Origin: the human T2T-CHM13v2.0 reference genome, Homo sapiens
NCBI RefSeq assembly: GCF_009914755.1
Contig: NC_060926.1
DNA: 64,000 nt
Direction: 5' to 3' (one strand)
Shown: positions 18,078 to 34,119 of the stretch, piece by piece
Layout: each line of letters opens with the position of its first letter
How positions within the stretch are numbered: position 1 is the stretch's first letter
The notes under the pieces: model-generated
The model's database searches: none
Seen by the model: only the letters and a program-made list of their open reading frames with translations
Told to the model about the DNA's origin: nothing
Program-made: the position numbers and the translations under genes

Positions 18078-18100
18078 ACTGACACCTCACACGGCCGGGT

Positions 18101-18233
18101 ACTCCTCTGAGACAAAACTTCCAGAGGAACGATCAGGCAGCAGCATTTGTTGTTCACCAATATCTGTTGTTCTGCAGCCTCTGCTGCTGATACCCAGGCA
18201 AACAGGATCTGGAGTGGACCTCCAGCAAACTCC
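18101..18233 (+). promoter_or_regulatory. ~129-bp 5'UTR segment carrying the ZNF93 repressor-binding site (lost in younger L1PA3/L1PA2/L1HS)
   Basis: Sequence between two ACTCC copies (18101, 18229) is absent from L1HS as recalled ('ggtattccaacagacc'). A homologous segment is present in L1#1 at ~5120-5250. Confidence 0.6.
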
Positions 18234-18358
18234 AACAGACCTGCAGCTGAGGGTCCTGACTGTTAGAAGGAAAACTAACAAACAGAAAGGACATCCACAC
18301 CAAAACCCCATCTATATGTCACCATCATCAAAGACCAAAGGTAGATAAAACCACAAAG

Positions 18359-19375
18359 ATGGGGAAAAAACAGAGCAGAAAAACTGGAAACTCTAAAAAT
18401 CAGAGCACCTCTCCTCCTCCAAAGGAACACAGCTCCTCACCAGCAATGGAGCAAAGCTGGACGGAGAATGACTTTGACAAGATGAGAGAAGAAGTCTTCA
18501 GATGATCAAACTACTCCGAGCTAAAGGAGGAAGTTCAAACCCATGGCAAAGAAGTTGAAAACCTTGAAAAAAATTAGACGAATGGCTAACTAGAATAACC
18601 AATGCAGAGAAGTCCTTAAAGGACCTGATGGAGCTCAAAACCATGGCAAGAGAACTACGTGACAAATGTACAAGCCTCAGTAGCTGATTCGATCAACTGG
18701 AAGAAAGGGTATCAATGATGGAAGATGAAATGAATGAAATGAAGCGAGAAGAGAAGTTTAGAGAAAAAAGAATAAAAAGAAATGAACAAAGTCTCCAAGA
18801 AAGATGGGACTATGTGAAAAGACCAAATCTATGTCTGACTGGTGTACCTGAAAGTGACGGGGAGAATGGAACCAAGTTGGAAAACACTCTGCAGGATATC
18901 ATCCAGGAGAACTTCCCCCAATCTAGCAATGCAGGTCAACATTCAACTTCAGGAAATACAGAGAATACCACAAAGATACTCCTCAAGAAGAACAACTCCA
19001 AGATACATAATTGTCAGATTCACCAAAGTTGAAATGAAGGAAAAAATGTTAAGGGCAGCCAGAGAGAAAGGTCGGGTTACCCACAAAGGGAAGCCCATCA
19101 GACTAACAGCGGATCTCTCAGCAAAAACTCTACAAGCCAGAAGAGAGTGGGGGCCAATGTTCAACATTCTTAAAGAAAATAATTTTCAACCCAGCATTTC
19201 ACATCCAGCCAAACTAGGCTTCATAAGTGAAGGAGAAATAAAATACTTTACAGACAAGCAAATGCTGAGAGATTTTGTCACCACCAGGCCTGCCCTAAAA
19301 GAGCTCCTGAAGGAAGCGCTAAACATGGAAAGGAACAACCAGTACCAGCCACTGCAAAAACATGCCAAATTGTAA
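18359..19375 (+). pseudogene. L1#3 ORF1p, disrupted
   Basis: ATG at 18359. Premature stops and a frameshift near 18915. C-terminus ...EALNMERNNQYQPLQKHAKL*. Confidence 0.93.
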
Positions 19376-19438
19376 AGACCATCAAGGCTAGGAAGAAACT
19401 GCATCAACTAACGAGCAAAATAACCAGTTAACATCATA

Positions 19439-23256
<3,818 letters not shown>

Positions 23257-26039
23257 ACAATGAGAACACATGGACACAGGAAGGGGAACATCACACACCA
23301 GGGCCTGTTGTGGGGTGGGGCGAGAGGGGAGGGATAGCATTAGGAGATATACCTAATGTTAAATGATGAGTTAATGGGTGCAGCACACCAACATAGCACA
23401 TGTATACATATGTAACTAAACTGCACGTTGTGTACATGTACCCTAAAACTCAAAGTATAATAAATAAAAAATAAATAAATTTAAAAAATAAATAAATAAA
23501 ATGGGGCTAAACAGCACCTACCTGACAGGGGAATTATAAATAATTAATGGATATATATGCTTGAGGATGAAAACTATTATTAGAATGCTGAAGACAAATT
23601 AAATATAAAGTAAATATTTTAATATATATATATTTTAAAAATTGGTATTTGAAATGTGCTGGCTATTTAAAGGCCCACCCCCCTAGAAAATCCTTTGGTA
23701 CTATAAAGAATCACCTTCTAATTTATTATTTAGTGCTAGTGGAGGTATATTAATTTACTGAAAGCAGACAGCTCCAACAAATCATGGATCATCTAGGAGT
23801 CAGCAAAGGGTAGGAAAAGCAAGATTTGGGGTCAGACCTTAGCTGTGACACTGATTCTCTCTATGAACATCCTCTCCTGAGCCCCATGTCCTTGCCTGTG
23901 ACAAGGAGATAACCACCACCTCCCTTGCTAAGAAAATTAATGTGTGTAAGTCACCTACTGCAGGGTTTGGGTCACAGAGAAGTTTAGTGTCGCACTGACC
24001 TGCCTCAAGAAAGGAGACTTTGGTCTGTGTGACTACGTATGTCTCTCCTAATCTTAGAAAACATAAAAAAATCTAAGAACTACTGGTAGAAAAGTTCTCA
24101 TTCTCCATATAAATGCAAACATATTTCCATTTCAATGACAATCAATCTCAAATGCATGTCTCTCAATCACCTTTACTTTTTCCATCATATACATCAAGTA
24201 AATGGGCCTGATTCAAGTGGGCTACAAAGCTTGCTGGGGGAAGGAGAAGCTAAAACATTAGAGAATAAAGTCCTGCATTATGATTTTTGAGGAAGAGCCA
24301 TATCTGCTTTGTAGCAATCACTTCCATAGCCCATGAAACTCTTTTTTTATTGACTATGGAATGTAGACATACTGTCAAAGGATTTAAATCAATTTTTACA
24401 ATCGCTTTCTTGAACTATCATTACCTCAACAAGATTCATAGCTGTAGCTGATTTGGAGAGAATTGTGACTAAAATATCAGAGCTGCAGCTCTTGTGGAAA
24501 AATTTCTCTCTGTGGATTGTTATTTTTCTGACACTTAAAAGCCTAATGCCAGAAAGAAATGAAATCCCATTTTGCATCTGCCTGTTTAAATGTGAGCTTT
24601 TAACTATCATAATTCCTAAGCCTGGCTTCGCATGTATCACTTTACTCCAAACAGAACATTGGGATTAATGGCCTGGTATTAAAAGCAGAAACAAAAAGCA
24701 ATTGCTTTGGGAGGCACTCAAGTACAGTAATACCTAGCAGAAGAAAAGGGTTTGATACATAGCTGAAAAGCTAGTTTTGCACTAGTTATCAATGCAATCT
24801 TGTGGAAAAGTAATAGATCATTCTTCTATTTACTGGCATTTTGAAACTATGGATGCAATAGTTTAACCCTTGAAAAATTGGATTCATTTACTGAAGCATT
24901 GAAAATCAATGGAAAAGACCAATCCAGGTATCTCTCCATCTTCACTCTCTGCTAAATACTACACTTCTTGACAGGTGGGATTCCGTGTTATGTTATTAGC
25001 CTTCATAAAAGCCACAACCCTCAACCCACACGGGTCCTCAGTATGCCTTCCCAAGGAATTGGGCAGCAACTGGGGTCACAAAGAGGAAGAAGAAATGATT
25101 CCTGCCTTTATGTACCAGTAGGAAAGGGCAAAACAGATGCCTTAAAGTAATAGAAAATTGCTGTCTAATTCTAGACTAATTGGAAAACAAGCAGACTACT
25201 GGCTCCCTTCTCTAGATATTGGGATCGCCACAAAAGGGATAAGGAGGTGAATGGGTTTCAGAACAGTTTTATCAGACAAAACCAAAACACTGTCAAACAC
25301 TTTGAGAATAAGATGATTTGACCTCTGGATGTTTGTTTGGTGGAGGAGAATTGGAATTAGTGCTGAAAACCAAGAGAAGGATGTGGTAATATAAATTAGA
25401 CTGCAACATGAGAGGGGCAAGGGGACATTGAGGGTTATCAGAAATCATTTTCTAATCATTCTCTTTCCCTTCTTTTATATTGAGTTGAGTGGATCACCAC
25501 ATGCCTAATAGCTACCATGGGAGAAAGAAGTAGCAGATCCAGTCTAGCACCAACCATATCCAGTAAGCTCGTATCAGCATGGAAATTGGATGATGGATAG
25601 ATGCTATACCCGGGACTGCAGGCATGCTGTTCTGATGCAGACCACCCTCACCCTGCTTGCTAGTACTTCTATCTACAACCAATAGAACAATTACATAAAA
25701 GGTTGGTGAAGGACCCCAGAAAAGAGTAGTACCTGAAACTGAGGCATTAGGAGATTTCCTGGAGTCAGGAGATGCCTATGGGAAAGGTGAGAGATGCAAA
25801 AAGGAAAGGTCAAACTGTAATCCCAACTAGCAGGCTAGATATTTGGGTTGAGAAACTATCTCAGGAGACATCAAGAAGAGATAGATTAGAAAAAAAAAAT
25901 CCACCATGAAAGTGGAGCTCTAGAATCCTCAGAGAAACAATCCTAACTGGTGAATATTATCTATTTATTTATCTAACCACTTAACATCTCTGGAAATTGT
26001 CCTGACTGCTTACAACAAATGAGTAAGTGTTCATTAATG

Positions 26040-27400
26040 AAACACTAGTCAGGTGTGTACTACTCTGGTCAGGTATGGCCAAGAAGACAGCTCCCAATCA
26101 AGGGATATGATGTCTCACTTGGAGGGGCAGGACACTAGCATTTCTCATTACTCCTAGTTCTAAGTTGCAGAGGCTAATGTCCTGGTAAGTATAGTTTAGA
26201 AGCTAGGGGTTCTCTTCTCTCACCCATCTCCAACTTGTAAAGTGGAAGCTCTAACCCAAGGGTGTTAGGCTGAGAATGTTGGGCCTAATTACTCTTGCCC
26301 CAGCTTGCTTGTAGGGCCTACATTCCACACTGGGTTAGGTAAGCTGAAGAGACCAGAGTCTAGTGCCTGCACCCAGCACCCAGCTAGTAAGCAGGCTGCC
26401 ATGTGAGAGAAGCCAGCCACCGATTCTACCCTCAACTCCAGGGCTGTGGCTCAGGGATTCTTATCAAATAGGATAAACGCACAATGAACTTCAAGTAGGA
26501 TAAAAACAAAGGGATCCATAACCAGACATATGATGTTAAAAATGGTGAAATTCAAAGACAGAAATTTTGAAAGCAACAAGAGAAAAACAGCCCCCTGCAA
26601 ACAAGGAAGACTTAGTAAATTTAACAGCTGACTTCTCCTGAGAAACAATGGAGGCCAAATTGCAGTAAATGACGTATTCAAGGACTGAAAGAAATAAACT
26701 GTCAACCAAGAATCTTATCTTCAGCAAATGTATCTTTTAAAAATGAAGGCAAAGTAAAAGTGTTTCTAGATACAAATGAAAAAGTAAAATAAATCATTTC
26801 TTCAGATCTACCTTATAAAAAAAACTAAAGGAAGTTCGTCAGGCTGAAAGCAAGTAAACCTAGATGGAAATTCACATCCAGATGAAAAAATAAGGAGCAA
26901 AGGTAATTATATAATTACAAAACATTATATATATATGTGTGTGCATATATATACACACACATACATATGTATATTTATTCTCTTACCTGATTTAAAAAAA
27001 ATTTTTATAAAACAATAGTATATAATTAGATTGTTTGGTCTATAGCATACAGAAATGCAATATATTTGACAATACTAGCACAAAGAAGGTTGGTGAGAAC
27101 AAGCTCTATTGGAGGAGGAAAATGACACAAGACAGTAACTTGAATCCATGGGAACAAATGAAGAGAACTGGACATAGTAAATAAGATTAATGTAACAAAG
27201 TCTATAAATATATCCTTTCTTTCCTTTCTTTTCTCAGCTTATTTAGTAGCCACAAAACTATACAAAGTACTTATAACAATGTATTTTGGGGTTTGTAACA
27301 GGTATAGATATTATATCCTTAACAATATTAGCATAAAGAAATAAAAATGGAAGAGAAATAGAACTGTATAGGAGCAATGTTTCTTTATTTCACTGGAAAT
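26040..27400 (+). mobile_element. Ancient L1M 5' region, ORF1 remnant and inter-ORF sequence
   Basis: 'attttgaaagcaacaagagaaaaaca...ttaacagctgacttctcctgagaaacaatggaggcca...ctgtcaaccaagaatcttatcttcagcaaa' is a degenerate ORF1 C-terminus. Boundaries approximate. Confidence 0.7.
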
Positions 27401-27529
27401 ATTTTCTTGACAGTTTAAGTCTGATTTTGCCACCATGCAGACAAGGTAGTTTGGTTTTGCTGCTGCATAAGTTATGAAAAAGCGCTCAGTTTTCAGAAAT
27501 ATTTAAATTTTGGGTTTGTGAATAAAGTA

Positions 27530-27960
27530 CTGTAGTCTGTATAATAGAATTTTAATAAATGTAAAAAATACTGAAACATGTTGAATACCAGAGATACACT
27601 TAGAAAGTGTGAAAATACAAGGATAGAAAAAGTATACCAGGCATATCAGAAATAAAATATTTCTGACAAAATTAAAGTCAAATGATCAGTGTTATATAGA
27701 CATACAACAGCATATACCATTTTATGCTTATAAATGGAGCAAGAGAATAAATCAAAATCAGATGTGTGTAGCCTCATAATAGACCGACCCAAATTGCATA
27801 AAGTAACAATTGACAAAATTATGGGGAGATAGGTAAATCAACAACTATAATTATAGATTATAGTATATCCTTCTTGGTAACTGTTAAAGCAGAGAAAAAT
27901 AAGGATAAATAATATCTGAAGAGTACTATCGACAAACTCAGTTTAAATATTTAAATACAT
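27530..27960 (+). mobile_element. L1ME-type ORF2 endonuclease remnant
   Basis: 'aaggatagaaaaagtataccaggca...ttgacaaaattatggggagataggtaaatcaacaactataattatagat'. Confidence 0.55.
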
Positions 27961-28613
27961 GTATATAAATATAGTTCTGCACTGTATAATGACATTTTGG
28001 TCAACAATGAACTGCATATGTGACAGTGGTCCCATAATATTATGATGGAGCTGAAGAATTCCCATTGTTCATGATGATGTTGGTGTAAATAAACCCACTA
28101 TATAGCCAGTTGTATGAAAGCAAAGCACATACAATTATGCGCAGTACATAATACTTGAGGATGATGGTAAATGACTATGTTACTGATTTATGCATTTATT
28201 ATACTATATGTTTTATTGTTATTTTAGAGTATATCCCTTCTACTTATAAGGAAAAAAAAGGTAACTGTAAAACAGCCTCAGGCAGACACTGTAGGAGATA
28301 TTCCAGAAAAAGGCATTGTTATCATAGGAGACAGTATCTCCATGCATGTTATTGCTCTAAAGACCTTTCAGTGGGACAGGATGTGGAAGTAGAAGGCAGT
28401 GATACTGATTATCTTGACCCCATTTCGCCTAGGCTAATGTGTGTGTCTGTCTTAGTTTTTAACAAAACCAAAAAACTTAGCAATTAAAACATAAATAAAA
28501 ATGGAAAAGAGCTTATAGAAAAAGGATATAAAGAAATAAAATATTTTTGTACAGGTATACAATGTGCTTTTTAAGCTAAGTATTATTATAAAATAGTGAA
28601 AAAAAATTAAATT

Positions 28614-28992
28614 TGATATAGTTTGGCTCCGTGTTCCCACCCAAATTTCATGTCGAATTGTAATTCCCAATGTTGGGGAAGGGACCTGGTGGGAGGTGAT
28701 TAAATCATGTGAATGGATTTCACCCTTGCTGTTCTGGTGATAGTGAGTGAGTTCTCAGGAGATTTGGTTGTTTAAAAGTGTGTGGCACTTCCCACTTCTC
28801 TCTCTCTCTCTCCTGCTCCACCATGGTAAGATGTGTTTGCTTCCCCTGACACCATGATGGTAGGTTTCTTGAGGCCTCTCAGCCATGCTTCCTGTATAGG
28901 CTGTAGAACTAAGAGTCCATTAAACCTCTTTTATTTATAAATTACCCAGTCTCAGCTAGTTCTTTATAGCAGTATGAGAATGGACCAATATA
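28614..28992 (+). mobile_element. MaLR solo LTR, THE1D/MSTA-like
   Basis: 'tgatatagtttggctccgtgttcccacccaaatttcatgtcgaattgtaattccc...ttctttatagcagtatgagaatggaccaata'. Perfect TSD AAATT (28609-28613 / 28993-28997). Confidence 0.9.
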
Positions 28993-29126
28993 AAATTTAA
29001 AAAGTCTATAAAGTAAAAATGTTACAGTAAGCAAAGTTTAGTTCATTATTGAGGAAAAAATATTTCTTTATAAAGCATACAGTAATGTCCTAGGCCTTCA
29101 TATTCACTCACCACTCACTCACTGAC

Positions 29127-29553
29127 TGTATTAGTCCTAGTTCATTTTACATCACTATAAAGAATACCCGAGTCTGGGTAACTTATAGAGAAAAGAGGTT
29201 TATTTTGGCCCATGATTCTGCAGGCTGTACAAGCATGGCATTGGCATCTGCTTAGCTTCTGGGGAGGCCTCAGGAAACTTTTAGTCATGGCAGTAGGGAA
29301 GGGGAGTCAGTATGTCACATTGTGGGAGGGGGAGATACAGAGAGAGGGGAGAGGTGATGGCCTTTTTTAAACAACAAGATTCCATGTGAACTCACACAGT
29401 GAGAACTCACTCATTACCATGGGACAACACCAAGCTATTAATTAGAGATTTGCCCCAATGACCCAAACACCTCCCACAAGGCCCACCTCCAACATTAGAG
29501 GTTATGCTTCAACATGAAGTTTGAAGGGAACAAAAAACATCCAAACCATATAA
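29127..29553 (-). mobile_element. MaLR solo LTR, MSTB-like
   Basis: 'tgtattagtc...ttctgcaggctgtacaagcatggc...catccaaaccatat'. TSD CTGAC (29122-29126) / TTGAC (29554-29558). Confidence 0.88.
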
Positions 29554-29892
29554 TTGACTCACCCAGAGCAACTTCCACTCCTGCAAGTTCCATTTATAAG
29601 AAGTACCCAATGGGGGTATACCATTAAAAAACATCTTTTATACTGTATTTTTTACTGTACCTTTTCTATGTGTAGATATGTTTATATATAAAAATACTTA
29701 CCATTGTGTTATGATTGCCTACAGTATTCAGTAGAGTCCTATGCTGTACAGGTCTGTAGCCTAGAAACACTAGGCTATACCATATAGGTGTGTAGTAGGC
29801 TCTACCACCTAGCTTTGTGTAAGTATAGCCTGTGATGTTTGCACAATGGTGAAATCAGCTAATGACACATTCTCAGAATATATCCCTGTCAT

Positions 29893-30752
29893 TAATATTT
29901 GGAATCTATAAGGAACTTAAACAAATCAACAAGGAAAAAAAAACAAATAATACTATTAAAAATGAGCAAAGGACATGAACAGACACTTCTTAAAAGAAGA
30001 GATACATACAGCCGAAAACATGAAAAAAATACTCAACATCACTAATCACCAGAGAAATGCAAATTAAAACCACAATGAGATACCATCTCATACAAGTTAG
30101 AAAGGCTATTACTAAACAGTCAAAAAATAATAGATGTTGGCAATGATGTAGAAAAAAGGGAGTGCTTATACACTGTTGATGGGAATGTAAATTTGTTCAA
30201 CTCCTATGAATGACAATGTGGAGAGTTTTCAAAGAACTAAAAATAGAACTACGATTCAACCTAGAAATCTCACTACTGGACAGCTACTCAAAGGAAAACA
30301 AATTGTTTTATCAAAAAGATACCTGCACTCATATGTTTATCACAGCACTATTCACAATAGGAAAATGTCCACCAACAGTGGATTGGATAAAAAAAAATTG
30401 TGGTACATATACACCATGGAACACTACACAACCATAGAAAATATGAAATCATGTTCTTTTCAGCAACATGGATGGAGCTGGACACCATAATCCTGAGTGA
30501 AGTAATGCAAAAACAGAAAATCAAATACCACATTTTCTCACTTTTAAGTGGGAGCTACACAATGCGTACACATGGACATAAAAATGAAAACAATAGACAC
30601 TGGGGACTCCAAAGGAGGGAGGGAGGGGAGAAGGGTTGAAAAACCATTTGAGTGATAGATTCACTAGAAGCCCAAACCCACCATTACAAAATATATTCAT
30701 GTAATAAACCTGCACATTTACCTTCTGAACTTGCAATGGGAAAGGAATAAAG
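29893..30752 (+). mobile_element. L1PB3/4-type 3' fragment
   Basis: ORF2 C-terminal remnant and 3'UTR 'acatggacataaaaatgaaaacaatagacactggggactccaaag...cactagaagcccaaaccc'. Confidence 0.88.
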
Positions 30753-31219
30753 TACACTGGAAGTGGTAAATATGTGGGTAACTATAAACAATTTTAAAAA
30801 TAAACAAAACAATGAAATTCTTCACAATAAAAAGAACACATCCCTATTGTCAAATGAGGCATGACTTCATAGAATTTAAAATTAATACACAGAAAATTTC
30901 TTTAATTATACATATATACACATATATATAATTAATAGAAATTGATGATACATTAGGCCACATGTTAAGGAACAGAAAAGGAACACATCAGAAAATGTAA
31001 GTTGTTGATAATTTTCTAGTTCTTGCATTAGATGAAGGGCTCCAAAGTGTCTATTATAATATACATAAATAAATGAACATGTAAATAAGCAGACAAAAAA
31101 ACAAATCAAAAAATAAAAGTAGGTTATGCACGGAAAAATAGTTATAGTGTATTATGATCCAAGGATTAGAATTAAAATTTCTGTACAAAAAAGTAGAAAA
31201 ACATTTTAAATGTAGGCCT

Positions 31220-34018
31220 TGGACATCAGGGAAGATAGTAAAGAAGGAAGTGCCAGGTATCCACATGCCCATCTAGACCTAGACAACAATTGTACTGGTA
31301 GAATCTGTTGGATGTGACTATTTTGGAACTCGAGAGTCTATCAAAGGCTTGTAGCTTCCAGAGCAAGACATGGACACTGAATCAGAGTTGATTTTGATTA
31401 GTTTCAGCTTTCTGTGGGTAGCAGCTACCTATCTCTTTATCCAACTCTCTGTCAGGCAGCCACATTTGCGTTCCTGGAACAGCTTATGCACAGTCTGTGG
31501 GAGTCAGCATGGGCAATAAGGATCTTGTCCTCTGCATATCGGAGATGTGTGTTCAGATTACCTATTGCTGCTTTTGATCATGGAGGTGCAGACATAGAGG
31601 CAGGCTGCCATTCCTACAATGCCTTCTGCTATTTTTACAACATCCTCTGGCTGAAGTGGATTCCAGAGGATATAAAGCGCCAGACCCTGTGTTTTGTTTA
31701 GTTTTTCCCCTTCATTTTCTTTTGGAAATCAAACATTTAAAGACTAGGACATTTAAAACCAACCATATATCCTAGGGAATTTAGAGAGTTACCACACATG
31801 CCTAGGAAGGAACAGAGGTTCAGAAAATAATTGAGAAGACCTTAATTATACATCTCAGGCTGATCCCTGGCACAGAGACATCCTCCAACAATCAGCAGCA
31901 AACAGACAGACACAAAACAAACGAACAAAAAAACAGTAAACCCTAGGAAAAGACAGGAAGCTTTTCTTCTAAAATTAGAAACAACAAGCCAAGGATGCTT
32001 CGTTTCACCACTTCAATTCAGCATAGAAGTTCTAGCCAGTGCAATTAGGCAAGAAGAAAAAAGAGGAATTCAAACTGAAGTGGAAGAAATAAAAATATTT
32101 CTGTTTGCTGGTGACATGATCTTATATGTAGAAAGCTAAAGATTTCACAGGGGAAAAATATTGGAATTAATAAATGAATTCAGAAAAGTAGCAGGATACA
32201 GACCTCACACACAAATATCATTTGTGTTTATATCCACTAATAATAAATAATCCAAAAAGAAAATTAAGAAAACAATTTCAATTACAATAGCATCAAAATG
32301 AATAAAATAATTAGGAATTAGCTAAGAAGGTGAAAAACTTATACAATGAAAACCACAAAACATTGCTGGATAAAATTAAAGAAAAAAATGAGTAAAAAGA
32401 TATCCTATGTTCATGGGTTGAAAACTTTGTATTGTTAAGATGTCAAAGCAATCTACAGATTCAATGCAATCCCTATTGAAATCCCAACATTTTCTTGGAG
32501 AAATAGCACACTTCATTCCAAAATTTGTATGAAATCTCAAGGGACTTCAAATAGCTAAAACAATCTTGAAAAAGAATAAAGTTGGATTACAAATACTTCT
32601 AGATTTCACAATTAAGTGTTAAGCTAAAGTAATCAAAACAGTGTGGTTTTAACATAAAGATAGACATATATGCAAATAAAATAGAAAATCCAGAAATTGA
32701 CCCTCATTGCGTATGGTTGAATGTTTTATTGACAACGGTGCCAGACTCAACAGAGAAATTATACCCTTTTCAATAAATGGTGCTGGGAAAAATGGAAATC
32801 CATATGCAAAAGAATGGACCTTTATATACAAACTTATACAAATATTAACTCAAAATGTATCAAAGACATAAGTGTAAAAGCTACAACTATAAAACTTTAG
32901 AAGAAAGCATATAAGAGCTTTTTGACATTGGATTTGGCAATGATTTCTTGACTATGACACCAAAGATAGGCAACCAAAGGAAAAATAAACAAATCAGACT
33001 TCACCAAAATCTAGATTTTTTTTTTTTTGCATCAAAAGACACTATCAACAGAGTAAAAATGCAACCCACAGAATGGGAGGAAATATTTGCATCAGATGTC
33101 TGGCAAGGGATTAATATGTAGAATATATGCAGAACTCTTAAAATTCGACAACAATAAAACAACCCAATTTATAAATAGGCAAAAGACCTAAAGAAACATT
33201 TATCCAGAGAATGTGTACAGATAGCTAATAAGCACATACAAAATATTAATATGCTCAGCCTCACAGATATTTAGAAAAATGCAAATCAAAACAACTATGA
33301 GATACCACTTCAGAACCATTACGATGGCTATTACTAAGAGAACAGAAAATAACAAGTGTTGGCATGGATGTGGAAAAAATGAAAACCTTGCACATTTCTG
33401 GTGGGAATGTAAAACAGTGCAGCTGCTGTGAAAAACAGCATAGTGGTTCCTCAAAAATTAAACATACAATTACCACTTGATTGAATAATTTCACTTCTAG
33501 GTATATACACAAAAGAATTGAAAGCAAGGACAAACAGGTATTTCCACACCCATGTTTATAACAGCATTATTCTCAATAGCCAAAAATAGAAACAACCCAA
33601 ATGTCCATCATCAACCGGTAATCAAAATATGCTGTAAACAATAGACATATATACCTTAAACAAAGAAATTCTGTTACATGCTATGACATGGATGAAATGT
33701 GAAGACATTATGATAAATGAAATGTCAGACACAAAAGGAGAAATATATGATTCCACTCTTATAAGGTAATTAAAATAGTCAATTTCACAGAGCCAGGAAG
33801 TAGAACAGTCATTGTTAGGGGTGGGAGGAAGGGGACAATGGGAAGTTATTGTTTAATGGATACAGAGTTTCATTATGAAATGGTAAACCTTTCTGGAAAT
33901 AGATAATGGTGATGGTTTCACAACAATGTGAATGTACTTAATTCTACTGGACTGAACAGTTAAAAATGGTTAAAATGGTAAATTTTATGCTATGTGTATT
34001 TTACCATTTTTTAAAAAA
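31220..34018 (+). mobile_element. L1MB-type element: 5'UTR-like segment joined to the 3' half of ORF2 and 3'UTR
   Basis: 31220-31948 resembles an L1M 5' end. From ~31950 come RT-region remnants ('ctgtttgctggtgacatgatcttatatgtagaa'), ending in an L1MB-type 3' terminus 'aaaatggttaaaatggtaaattttatg'. Confidence 0.75.
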
Positions 34019-34119
34019 GTCCTGAATTAATTTCAGAAATTAACATAAAGAACATTTCCTTGATTAAATGCTATAACATTTAAAACTATAACAAAAGCAT
34101 AAAAAAAACTCCTATTTCT

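Larger units (their letters stand above)
27972..29895 (+). mobile_element. Tigger3-type (MER7/Golem) TcMar DNA transposon carrying two nested LTRs
   Basis: 5' 'tataatgacattttggtcaacaatgaactgcatatgtgacagtggtcccataa' and 3' 'aatgacacattctcagaatatatccctgtcattaa'. The last ~14 bp of the right terminal inverted repeat are missing. Confidence 0.8.
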
